Origin: Prevotella sp.
Lineage (GTDB): Bacteria > Bacteroidota > Bacteroidia > Bacteroidales > Bacteroidaceae
Assembly (NCBI GenBank): GCA_036743855.1
Contig: DAINOS010000001.1
Location: 1-44,300 of the forward strand
Reading direction: 5' to 3'
Length of the DNA: 44,300 nucleotides
In this document: in pieces, positions 17,597 to 27,500 of the stretch
Layout: every line of letters starts with the position of its first letter
Numbering within the stretch: position 1 is the first letter of the stretch
Position numbers and translations under genes: made by a program
The notes under the pieces: model-generated
Databases searched by the model: none
What the model saw: only the letters and a program-made list of their open reading frames with translations
Told to the model about the DNA's origin: nothing

Positions 17597-18601
17597 TTAC
17601 TTCTTTACGGCAGGGTTCATGATCTGAATCGCCTCGCGCAAAGCCTGATACGGCACGCCGTTTTTCGACTGGTTATAGTTGAAACGAGTCGCAAAGCTTC
17701 CCACGCCACCCTTGTGGTGACCATCGCCTGGTTCCATGCGCGCATAATCCCAAATCCTGCCTCCATCGGGCTTTTGATGAAAAGCCTCCACAAGCACGAG
17801 TTTCTCGGAATCCCAGTTGGACTGACTGGGGAATCTCGACAACGACACCTGACCGCTATAAGCTTGTTGGATGAGGTAGTCGCAATACTGGTTGAGCCGT
17901 TTGCCATCTGGCACGCCGCCAAACCAGTCCACTATAATGAGCTTCTCCGGCCACTTGCCTTCTGGCCCGAAATACTTGTCGCACTCCTTGACCACGACCG
18001 TCAGATTGTCTGAGTTCCATCCCTCATAGTCCCAGTCCATGCCGTCCATCTCGGCATCGACCACCTGCTTCACGGCATAACGCGCGTAATATTTCAAGTT
18101 TTCCTCGTTCACGTTGTCGGCAAGAAATATGGTGTCGGGCACTGACGCGCCGCTATCATTGACTTTCATGACAGGGTTCAAATCCTCGTCGAGCACAGGC
18201 ACGTAGTGGCGGTAGTGCGACGCGTCGGCATGCATCACGAAGCGCGTGCCGAGTTTCTCCTGACAGTATTTCATGTCGGCGTAGGCCACGGGGTGCTCCT
18301 CCTTTGTGGGGACACCGAGCCATGTGTTCACAATGTCAACGGAATCGGGCAGCCCACGGAAACGCTCACCCCACGACGCTGGGTCCTTATAGCCAGAGAC
18401 ACCCTCAAGCGGACGCCAGTTTTGGTAGTAGACATAGCAAATCTCATGGTCGGTCTTCTTGTAGTCGCGCAAGTCCTTGTAATACTGCTCGTCGTATGTA
18501 GTCAGATTCTGCACCTGAAGAGCCTCCGTGTCGGTGTCGCAACTTGCGAGGGCGGTGAGGCCGACGGCAAGAGCGAACATTGAAAATATCTTAAGTTTCA
18601 T
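17597..18601 (-). CDS. GH18 endo-beta-N-acetylglucosaminidase-like lipoprotein (DUF4849-type)
   Basis: Lipobox LASC-DTD, catalytic DGMDWDYE, C-terminal REAIQIMNP; paralog of 371..1381. Confidence 0.88.
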   Translation of the reverse strand: MKLKIFSMFALAVGLTALASCDTDTEALQVQNLTTYDEQYYKDLRDYKKTDHEICYVYYQNWRPLEGVSGYKDPASWGERFRGLPDSVDIVNTWLGVPTKEEHPVAYADMKYCQEKLGTRFVMHADASHYRHYVPVLDEDLNPVMKVNDSGASVPDTIFLADNVNEENLKYYARYAVKQVVDAEMDGMDWDYEGWNSDNLTVVVKECDKYFGPEGKWPEKLIIVDWFGGVPDGKRLNQYCDYLIQQAYSGQVSLSRFPSQSNWDSEKLVLVEAFHQKPDGGRIWDYARMEPGDGHHKGGVGSFATRFNYNQSKNGVPYQALREAIQIMNPAVKK

Positions 18602-18646
18602 GCTTTTATATCTTATTTATAAGTGTACGATAAATGTCGTTTATAA

Positions 18647-20257
18647 TCAGTGGCTTTCCTTGTCCCACCAGAGCGTGGTACCGCCGTTGTCGCCCGTCGG
18701 GTTGTTCGACTCGGAATTGAGCGTGCTTATGCCCGCGTTCACGGCATCGCCATTGGCCTTCTTCTCCGATGCCGGATATGGCAGACGGCGAATCTGCACG
18801 CTTGTGCTTATCTTGCCACCACTCTCGTTCTTGACAACAGGGAAGAGCTTAGGATAACCCGTGCGGCGGAACTCGCTCCATCCCTCTGGACCGTCGGGAT
18901 ACATGGCAATCCACTTCTGGGTGATGATGCGCTCAAGGTTGGTCTCGAAGCTCGCGCCCTCGTCATACTTGGGGCAGATGGTGCTCGGAGCCGAGGCATC
19001 GTTGCCATCGCCAGTGGGATCCTTGTAGTCGGCAGGCTTGGCGGTGGAGTTGATGTAAGAGTCGGCACCATCGATGCTGTTCTCCTTGAACGACATACGA
19101 ATGCCATCCTCATAGAACTGCTTGGCCGTGCCGCCCATGTTCCATCCGCGCAGCGCGCCCTCGGCACGCAGGAAATAAGACTCGGCAGCCGTCATCCACA
19201 CGATGGGCGTAGTGCTCTTGTTGACGTTGAGACGCGACACGCCGTCGCCGGCATACTTGTCGGTCTTGGCGGATATGTTGCCCGTGCCACAGCGCACGCC
19301 GTGGTAACCTCCACTCTTGGCCTCGACAAAGTAGACCTTCAGGCGTGGGTCGCTGTAACCGTTCATGTATGAGTCCATGGCAGCACTCATGCGAATCTCA
19401 CCAGCGTTGAAGTCCTGGATGTCGTAGTTGGGGTGATAATAGTTTACCATGGAGTGCAGCAGTTCGGCACGCTCATCGGCTGTCTCAATCACACCAATAG
19501 CGTTGTTCACGGCCTTCTCCGCCTCCTGCTTGGCCAATGCCTCATCAGCATAGACGATGCGCATGGCAAGGCGAAGGCGCAGCGTGTTGGCGAACTTAAC
19601 CCACTTGGTCACGTCGCCACCATAGACATTGTCGTATTTAGACATGAGCGTTGAACCAGACTGCGCCAACGGCGTAAGGGTCGTGACGGCAGCATCGAGC
19701 TCCTCGAAGAACTTCTTGTAGATGTCCTGCTGGCGGTCGAAAGCCACGCCGAGTGTACCATTGCCAAAACCAATGTAAGGCAGAGGACCGTAGGTGTCGG
19801 TGACGCGGTGCATGCCCTCAACCTTGATGATGTCGGCAAGAGCCTGGATGGCAGGCTGGTTGCTTTGCTCAGTCACCTTCTTGAGATTGGCCCAAGCCAC
19901 CATGATCTTGGTGAACGGCTTGGTGAACATCTGCTCATACCATGTCATGTTGTATGTGCAGTTGTTAGAACCAGATGCCCACGTGCCAGTGGGGCCGATG
20001 TAGCCAGAGTAGAGGTCGGACGAGAGTCCCTGCGCCACCTGATAGTCGGACGACTCGTTGCCGCTGCCATCCTTGTAGAGCACCACATTGTTGATCATCT
20101 GCGTGAAGGACGCGCCCGTGTTGAGGTTGTCCTTTTCGAGGTCTTCCTCGTAAGCCTCGCGCGAGCTGTGGTTCAAGCCATCGAACATGTCGGAGCAGCT
20201 TGTGGCAAGCGTCAGCGCGCACGCGGCGAGGAATGTATATCTGATGTAAGATTTCAT
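18647..20257 (-). CDS. SusD/RagB-family glycan-binding lipoprotein
   Basis: Lipobox ATSC, HRVTDTYGPLPY, FANTLRLRLA, ERIITQKWIA, SEFRRTGYP, GGTTLWWD. Confidence 0.95.
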   Translation of the reverse strand: MKSYIRYTFLAACALTLATSCSDMFDGLNHSSREAYEEDLEKDNLNTGASFTQMINNVVLYKDGSGNESSDYQVAQGLSSDLYSGYIGPTGTWASGSNNCTYNMTWYEQMFTKPFTKIMVAWANLKKVTEQSNQPAIQALADIIKVEGMHRVTDTYGPLPYIGFGNGTLGVAFDRQQDIYKKFFEELDAAVTTLTPLAQSGSTLMSKYDNVYGGDVTKWVKFANTLRLRLAMRIVYADEALAKQEAEKAVNNAIGVIETADERAELLHSMVNYYHPNYDIQDFNAGEIRMSAAMDSYMNGYSDPRLKVYFVEAKSGGYHGVRCGTGNISAKTDKYAGDGVSRLNVNKSTTPIVWMTAAESYFLRAEGALRGWNMGGTAKQFYEDGIRMSFKENSIDGADSYINSTAKPADYKDPTGDGNDASAPSTICPKYDEGASFETNLERIITQKWIAMYPDGPEGWSEFRRTGYPKLFPVVKNESGGKISTSVQIRRLPYPASEKKANGDAVNAGISTLNSESNNPTGDNGGTTLWWDKESH

Positions 20258-20273
20258 AGTTATTTTTAGATTT

Positions 20274-23200
20274 TTAGAATTTAACTTTCACCGAGAATCC
20301 CATGTTGCGCAGGGAAGGCTGCATGAAGTAGTCGATACCCTGCGAGTAGGTGCCAGTGTTGGCGGTCAGCTCTGGGTCGAACGGTGCCTTGCAGTAGAGC
20401 ATCCACAGGTTGTGAGCCACGAACGAGAGGTTGAGGCCCTTGATCCATGGCACCCACTTGGTGACAGGCACATCATAGCCCAGCGACAGTTCCTGCAAAC
20501 GGAGGTTTGTGGCGGAATAAGTGTACATGGCATCGATGGTCTTGGTCGGGTTGCCCACCACCTGGTAGTATTCCTTGGCAGGGATGAGTTTGCCGTTGAC
20601 CACGGCACCGCCATTGTTGCGTGCGTCCTGCGAAGCCTTCGACGCTCCGTAGTAGTCGAGTATGGCCTGCGTCTCGCTCACCACCACGCCACCATTGCGA
20701 TAGGTGAAGAGGAAGCCAAGCGACAGTCCTTTCCATGAGAACGTGTTGCCCCAAGAGAGATTATAGTTAGGCGTGGCCTTGCCGGCATAAGTATAGTATT
20801 CGTTGCCGTCGGGATTAGCCTCCACGGTCTTGTTGTCGGAATCTACCCAAATGGCTCCATGCTCATCGGTCTTGAGGGTGCGCACATAGATGTCGGCCAT
20901 TGACCCGCCTTTCTGTATGCGCGTCTGATAGCCAGAGGTGCCGCCCTTGTACATCACGTCGAGCGAGTAGGTGTTGCCATCGATGGGGTTCTTCCAGCTG
21001 TCGAGCATCTCCTTGACCTCGTTGCGGTTGAGCGTCCATGTGAGATATGTCTCCCAGTTGAAAGCGCCGAGCTTCTGGTTGTAGCGAGCGGAAAGCTCAA
21101 GACCCTTGTTCTCCACGACACCGCCGTTGACCCATGCGCTGGTGTAACCAGAAGAAGCCGGCATGTCGATGTGGAAGAACTGGTTGTAGGTCTTCGACTT
21201 GTAGAGCGTGGCATTGAGCTTGAGCTTGTTTTGTAACAGCACGAAGTCGATACCAAGTTCCCATGACTTGGTCTTCTCAGGGTTGAGGTTGTCATAGAGC
21301 GTCGTGGTGGTCTCTGGACGGCCCGTGGACGGGTTGATGGTGTAGCCCACGCCGACGAGACGCGACTGCGAGGGTTCGTTGCCGACCTCGGCATAGCTCA
21401 AGCGAGTCTTGAAATAGTTGAGCCAGCCGCCCTTGGTGATTTGCGGGAAGATGTCGGTCCAAATGCCGCTTATACCAGCGCTCCAGTAGAAATAGTTTTT
21501 CTCAAGTTTCGATGACCAGTCGTTGCGTGCCGTCACGTCGAGGTAGGCAAGACTCTTGTAGCCAAGCTGCGCCGTGCCGAAGATGGCACCGAGGCGGTTG
21601 CGGTAGGCATCGTCCTGATAAACCTTGAAGGTGTTGTCGGCCTTGTTCACGTTCTCAAACGTGAAGATGTTTGGCGTGCCGAGCAAATGGCCCTCAAAAC
21701 CTATCGGATCGTAGCTGTTTTGGGTGTAGTTGGCACCAACGACAGCGTTGAGGTTCCAACGGTCTTGGGCAAAATACTTGTTGAGCTTGAGGAAAGACTC
21801 GGCATAATAAGTCTCATAGGTGTCGCGCCTGTCCTTGTAGGCTCCATACTCTGAAGCGTACAGGAGGTTTGTGGAAGCATAGAACTTATATTCATACTTA
21901 TTCTCGCTGCGGTCGTACTTAACGCGCCCGGTGAGGTCGAGCCACGGTGTGATCTTCCAGTTGAGCTGCACGGAGAACTGCTGACGCTGCTTGTGGTTGA
22001 TGTAGCGTTCGCGGTTGAGCTCCCAATAAGGATTCTCCATGGACATGTCGTTGGCGTAGGGCCAATACTGCACAGGAAAGTTGCGGTCGGTGTCGTAGCG
22101 CTCGTAAAACTCCAGTTTGGAAAAGTCGTCGCCAGCAGGGAAGAGATACACTGGCACGAGCGGATTGTGGTATTGACCCTGCGAAATCATGTTCTGCTCC
22201 TTGGCCGTTGAGATCATGTAGTTGAAATCGAGCGTGAGACGGTCGTTGAGGAAATTGGTAGTGTTGCGGAACGTGAGGTTGTAACGGTCGAGGTCGTTGG
22301 TGGGCAGTATGCCGTTGGCATTGGTCGCGCCGAACGAGACATAAGTCTGGTTGCGGTCGGAACCCACCGACAGAGACACGTCGTTCATGATGTTGGCTCC
22401 AGTCTGGAAGAAGTCCTTAGGATTGTAAGACGACGGCGTGTCGAGCTTCGCGCCCCAAGAGTAATATGAATTGGCCTCTGTTGGGCCATACTGGTTCTGG
22501 AACTCGTGCATTTTGAACGGCTCAGAGAACTGGAAAGAGCCTGAATAGGTTACCTCCACCTTTCCTTTCTTACCTTTCTTGGTGGTAACGAGGATGACAC
22601 CGTTGGAAGCGTTGGCACCATAAAGCGCGGCTGCCGACGGCCCCGTGAGCACGGAGATAGACTCTATGTCGTCGGAGTTCATCAAGGATATGGCATCGCC
22701 AGTCTGTCCGGCTCCCTCGAAGATGCCGCTGGCTCCAGAGCTGGAGTTGTCGGTCATGGGAATGCCGTCGATGACATAGAGCACGTTGTTGTTGCCGTTG
22801 AGCGACTTGGCACCACGCATGACCACACGTGTGGCTCCGCCCACGCCCGACGAGCTCTGGGTGAACTGCACGCCAGCCACCTTACCATTCAAGGAGTTGA
22901 CGAAGTTGGCATCCTTGACAGTGGTCACGGCATCGGCATTGAGCTGCTGCACGTTGTAGGAAAGACTCTTGGCTTCCTTCTTGATACCAAGGGCTGTCAC
23001 GACCACCTCGTTGATGTTTTGGGTGTTTTGCGACAGCTTCACGGTGAGATTGTCGCCTTGTGCCTTCACTTCCTTGGATTCATAGCCAAGATAGCTTATC
23101 ACAAGCGTGCTGCCCGTGGGCACCTTGAGGGAGAACTTGCCGTCGATGTCGGTGACGGTTGCTGCCTTCTGCCCTTTCACCGCAACTGTGGCTCCGATGA

Positions 23201-23360
23201 CTGGGTCGCCGTTCTCGTCGAGTACGACTCCTCCGACCTGCCTCTCGACCGCCTGCTGCACGGCAGTGGACTTGGACGAGGCCACGGCATTGCCGGCGTT
23301 GAGCAAGCCGGCTGCAAGTGCCGCTGAGAAGCAAAGCTTGAATAAATGCTTTTCGTTCAT
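20274..23360 (-). CDS. SusC/RagA TonB-dependent transporter (no STN domain)
   Basis: INEVVVTALGI, plug motif DIESISVLTGPSAAALYGANASNGVILVTTKKG, C-terminal VKVKF; paralog of 3070..6408. Confidence 0.96.
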   Translation of the reverse strand: MNEKHLFKLCFSAALAAGLLNAGNAVASSKSTAVQQAVERQVGGVVLDENGDPVIGATVAVKGQKAATVTDIDGKFSLKVPTGSTLVISYLGYESKEVKAQGDNLTVKLSQNTQNINEVVVTALGIKKEAKSLSYNVQQLNADAVTTVKDANFVNSLNGKVAGVQFTQSSSGVGGATRVVMRGAKSLNGNNNVLYVIDGIPMTDNSSSGASGIFEGAGQTGDAISLMNSDDIESISVLTGPSAAALYGANASNGVILVTTKKGKKGKVEVTYSGSFQFSEPFKMHEFQNQYGPTEANSYYSWGAKLDTPSSYNPKDFFQTGANIMNDVSLSVGSDRNQTYVSFGATNANGILPTNDLDRYNLTFRNTTNFLNDRLTLDFNYMISTAKEQNMISQGQYHNPLVPVYLFPAGDDFSKLEFYERYDTDRNFPVQYWPYANDMSMENPYWELNRERYINHKQRQQFSVQLNWKITPWLDLTGRVKYDRSENKYEYKFYASTNLLYASEYGAYKDRRDTYETYYAESFLKLNKYFAQDRWNLNAVVGANYTQNSYDPIGFEGHLLGTPNIFTFENVNKADNTFKVYQDDAYRNRLGAIFGTAQLGYKSLAYLDVTARNDWSSKLEKNYFYWSAGISGIWTDIFPQITKGGWLNYFKTRLSYAEVGNEPSQSRLVGVGYTINPSTGRPETTTTLYDNLNPEKTKSWELGIDFVLLQNKLKLNATLYKSKTYNQFFHIDMPASSGYTSAWVNGGVVENKGLELSARYNQKLGAFNWETYLTWTLNRNEVKEMLDSWKNPIDGNTYSLDVMYKGGTSGYQTRIQKGGSMADIYVRTLKTDEHGAIWVDSDNKTVEANPDGNEYYTYAGKATPNYNLSWGNTFSWKGLSLGFLFTYRNGGVVVSETQAILDYYGASKASQDARNNGGAVVNGKLIPAKEYYQVVGNPTKTIDAMYTYSATNLRLQELSLGYDVPVTKWVPWIKGLNLSFVAHNLWMLYCKAPFDPELTANTGTYSQGIDYFMQPSLRNMGFSVKVKF

Positions 23361-23466
23361 AAATAATGGTTTTTATAGTTTACGTTTATTGTCTTTTAAG
23401 CCTGACGATGAAGATTGGAGCGTTGTTCAAAAACTCATAGCAAGTAGGTTGGGCGGAATGCCGAGC

Positions 23467-23510
23467 GAACTAATTTTCACAAAAACTTATTTTTTAGTCG
23501 TATGAAAAAC
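23467..23510. repeat. Inverted copy of the PUL1 susC leader and start codon
   Basis: Plus strand gaactaattttcacaaaa-N14-cgtatgaaaaac versus susC1 sense gaactaattttcacaaaa-N19-cgtATGAAAAAC. Confidence 0.9.
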
Positions 23511-24244
23511 TACCTGAACAATCTTATACCCATAGATTTCGCTTTTTTACCATTTACTGTTACAGCCACGTCAAAACTCACTTCCTGCGCGCTCGCTTTC
23601 AGGATATTGTAGTAGACCTTGAAAGTCGTGCGCTGCCATGGCTTCAATACCAATTTCCTCGGCATCCGCACCTCCCTGCCATGCTTATTGTTTCTGAATT
23701 CAATTGTCATCTGCCTGCCTGTCTCGTTTGAGACTCGCTGCTCCATGCTGGCAACACTTGGGCTGAAACTCAATGTCTTGAACCCCATGTACAGCCCTTG
23801 GCCGAAATAGTAGGGGTAGTCTTCCTTCACGGGGTGGCGATAGGGATTCACGCTGCCCTTGACCCATACGCGGGTGTAAGCCTTGCCGTCGTTGAGGATG
23901 AGCGTTACTTCCTTGCTGAACTTGCCTGGGCGGTTTGCCGGATTGTAGGTCACGCTCACCTTGGCTGTCTTGCCAGGGGAAACAGGCTTTCTTGTATAGT
24001 CAACCGTGGTACATCCGCAAAACGCGTTAATGCCGGAGATGACGACAGGAGCCTTGCCATTGTTGCGGAAAGTGAATGTGTGGCTCGCCTTGCCGGCCTT
24101 CTCCTCAATAGTACCGAAGTCGTATGCCTTTCCGTCACTGACGAAAGTCTTGCAAAAGACCATCTGCTGTGTCTGAGCGGAGATAGACCGACAGCAAAGC
24201 ATTGTCATCATTATTAAAAAGACCTTGACGTTCATGTTTCTCAT
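23510..24244 (-). CDS. DUF1573-domain exported protein (start probably 24244 or 24235 rather than 24319)
   Basis: YDFGTIEE..HTFTFRNNGKAPVVISGINAFCGCT..PVSPGKTA; signal peptide after MRNMNVK. Confidence 0.82.
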   Translation of the reverse strand: MRNMNVKVFLIMMTMLCCRSISAQTQQMVFCKTFVSDGKAYDFGTIEEKAGKASHTFTFRNNGKAPVVISGINAFCGCTTVDYTRKPVSPGKTAKVSVTYNPANRPGKFSKEVTLILNDGKAYTRVWVKGSVNPYRHPVKEDYPYYFGQGLYMGFKTLSFSPSVASMEQRVSNETGRQMTIEFRNNKHGREVRMPRKLVLKPWQRTTFKVYYNILKASAQEVSFDVAVTVNGKKAKSMGIRLFR

Positions 24245-24324
24245 TTTTAAGTAATGTCCATGGCAATAGGCTTGGCTTGTCGCTAACTGAAAATGCCTGC
24301 CACGCTGATTGGTTTTCACGGTTG

Positions 24325-24332
24325 CAAAGGTA
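24325..24332 (-). promoter_or_regulatory. -7 element (TACCTTTG) of the PUL2 operon promoter
   Basis: TAnnTTTG-CA upstream of the DUF1573 gene. Confidence 0.65.
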
Positions 24333-24375
24333 AAATGGATCGTGGAAAGACATAGGACATATAATTTTCATTAAA

Positions 24376-24462
24376 CGACGCTTTTCTTTCATAATTGGCT
24401 TTACCGTCAAGGGGTTGCGTATAATGAACGCTATTCTTGCAAAAACCGACGCTTTTCTTTCA
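24376..24462. promoter_or_regulatory. Direct repeats, candidate HTCS operator
   Basis: cgacgcttttctttca exactly at 24376-24391 and 24447-24462; degenerate acgctattcttgca at 24428-24441, offset 21 bp from the second copy. Confidence 0.6.
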
Positions 24463-24501
24463 GAATCATACGGATGAAACGCATGGGAAAAAATATTTTA
24501 T

Positions 24502-24509
24502 TAATTTTG
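24502..24509 (+). promoter_or_regulatory. -7 element (TAATTTTG) of the HTCS gene
   Basis: TAnnTTTG-CA about 60 nt upstream of the ATG. Confidence 0.6.
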
Positions 24510-24570
24510 CAATGGTAAAAGCATAAAGGCCGACAAAACAAAAAACTGACATTACTCTATAAAACGTGAT

Positions 24571-27500
24571 ATGACTTTAAAATACCTATTACGCACATTC
24601 TTTCTGGTGGTCGCGACGCTTGGGGTGGTCTATCCGAGTCGTGCCAACGAATATGGCAACGTGAGCAATCTTAGCATAGCCGATGGCTTGTCAAATGACT
24701 TCGTGCTTGACATGGCCTCTGACGGCTATGGCTTCGTTTGGGCAGGAACAAAAAACGGATTAAACAAGATAACCGGATACGGAGTGTTAAAATACACTGA
24801 CAAGAACTCACATCTTGTCAACAATACCATAAACGCGCTATGCTTTGAGAAGTCCAATAACATGATGTGGGTAGGCACACTCAACGGCATCAGCATCGTC
24901 GACTGCGCGACGGGGCAGATGTCAACTCTCGACACGTCGAACGGTCTCGCGCAAAACGCCATTATCGACATAAAGCCAGCCGCCGACGGTGGCCTATGGA
25001 TTCTCTACATGAACAAGGGCGTACAATATTATGACGTAGCACACAAACGGCTCAAGCCTCAGACGCGCTGCATACTAAAGACGTTGCGTCTCACCTCACA
25101 CTGCTGCATGGACAATGGCGCGGGACAGCTATACATTGGGCACAATGGTTTCGGCATGAGCATAGTCGACTTGAAAAGCCATAGCGTGGAACGCTTCCGT
25201 CATAAGAAAGGCGACGCTGAATCGTTGCCCAGCGACAATGTGCGCGAAATCGTGAGCGACACGTATGGGAACGTGTGGGTGGGCACAAGCAACGGGCTTG
25301 CGATCTTTGATCCTCTATCGCGTAAGTTTCACAGGATAGAAAATCCTTTAATCGGCGACAATATCTACTCTCTATGCACCACTACCGACGGACGCATCCT
25401 TGCGGCTTGCAACCTCGACGGAGTGAGCGTTGTCGACTCACGCAACGTAGACCATTGGAGACTTGCCCCTACATCTGTCTCAAAGATGGAAATTGGAAAT
25501 GCAGCCTTCAATGCCGCGCGTGCCGTCCTGAACGACAGGTACGGAAACATCTGGATAGGAAGCTACGGAACTGGCATCACTTTCGTCAATCCGCGCCCTG
25601 CCGTTTTCAACGTGCTGCCGGCAATTACCAACGCGAAAGGAAACGTATGTCATGTTTATGGCATTACTGCCTGTCGGAATGGAGGACTGTGGCTCGGAAG
25701 CGACAGCGGACTGTCTCTATACCGCGACTCGAAAATAGTAGGTCAATGGCAGTTTGCTGGAATACTGCACAGGGCGTCAGCCTTCGTGTACGTGATGTAT
25801 GAGGATCATCTTGGAAACGTGTGGATTGGCTTGGACGACGAGGGTGTCGTGGTCTTCAATCCTCTTACGCATACTTTCAAGCGAATAGACATTTCCACAC
25901 GCGCGCTCGACATTCACGCCTTCCAGGAACTGCCTGACGGCGGAATGATAATAGGTAGCGAAATAGGTGCGTATTTATATAAGGATGGCAATGTGAAGTT
26001 TTTGAGACAGTTGACATCACGATTGCCAAGTCCAACTATCTACGGCTTGGTCGTAGACTGCCTGGGACGGCTATGGATAGGCATGGACGGCGGTGGTGTG
26101 GCAATATTTTCAAAGTCAGGAAAACGACTGGCAGTGTTGAACGAATCCAACGGTCTGCCATCGGCAAGGGTCAACCAACTCTTTGTGGCCAAGGATAAGT
26201 CTGTGTGGATAGCGACGAGCAACGGGCTGTGCCATGTGCCCTACGTTGGCAAGCCTAACGACATAGAAGTATTCGACAATGCCCAAGGGCTTACCGACCC
26301 TTATGTCATGTCCATCACACAGGATAGCAATGGGCAAATATGGCTTGGCACGTTCACGAACATAGCCTGTTTCGACAAGGCAAGCCGCACCTTTGCCGTT
26401 TACGATTTCAACGTCGGTGTCACGGCAGGAGGATTCGTAGAGGGCTCTGCAGCCTTGACGACAGATGGATATGTGTATTTCGGCTCGCCGAAAGGCGTGT
26501 GCCAAGTCAACACACAGTATCTGCGCATGCAGCGAAGGGCATCAAAGATATACGTCGTGGGATGCGAGACAGTGGCTGCCGACACGCGACATCTCGTCCC
26601 ACTATTCCCAAAAGACGGCACATACAGGCTACCTTATGACGCCAGCACGATACGCGTGGCCTTCAGCGTGGCCGATTATGGCGAGCGCGGCAAGGTGGAG
26701 TACGCCTATTGCATGGAAAGTCTCGATGACAAATGGGTGTTCACCGATGGGGATGATGAGGTTGCTTTCCGCAACTTACGTCCCGGAAGGTACACTTTCA
26801 AGGTGAAGGCGAGCTATATTGGAGGGAAGCCATCCGACAGTAATATCGCAAAGATTGATATTGTAGTCTCACCACCATGGTGGGCAACATGGTGGATGAT
26901 GATAATATACGCGTTTGCCATTGCCGCGATAGTCTATGGGATAGCGCAGGTCTACAAACGTCGACTCAAACTCGTAAATGCCTTGAAACTGCGCGACGCG
27001 ACTCTCGCGATGGAACGCGATAATCGACACAAGGAGAAAGAGATGAGCGAAAACCGCTTGCGCTTCTTCACCAACATAGCCCATGAACTGCGAACACCGC
27101 TCACGCTTGTCATTGGCCCTGTCGATGACCTGCGCAACGCCGATGACATGCCAAAGTCATACAAGCAAAAACTTGAAATCATCTATCAAAACGCCGTGAG
27201 ATTGCTTGAACAGATAAACCGCTTGATGGAATTTCGCAAAACGGAGACCGGCAATTATACACTGAGCGTATCAAAGGGTGACATTTGCGAAACCGTGCGC
27301 AATGTGGGTCTGCGTTTTGTCGAGAGTCAGGCAAACAGCAAGGTTAAACTCTCTATTATTGTACCAGAGGAGCGTGTTGACCTTTATTATGACAAAGAGG
27401 CGATAACACATATCCTTGACAATCTTATGTCTAACGCTTTCAAATACACTCCCGCGGGTGGGCAGGTCTGGCTAACAGTCACAGCCGACAACACTAATGT

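Noticed and set aside
3070..23360. Active susC shufflon or invertible promoter
   Set aside because: No recombinase in the window; the susC genes are in direct orientation; the leader inverted repeats have unequal spacers; and inversion would not place a recognisable TAnnTTTG promoter before either susC. Kept only as an alternative explanation.
311..23505. Many long opposite-strand or alternate-frame ORFs (e.g. 311..1525+, 2054..3022+, 6516..7616+, 9218..10327+, 13832..14749+)
   Set aside because: Shadow ORFs of GC3-rich genes; they overlap well-supported CDSs and show no recognisable motifs.
23502..23612. Plus-strand ORF starting at the copied ATG AAA AAC
   Set aside because: Only about 36 codons, antisense to the DUF1573 3' end, with no similarity to SusC after codon 3.
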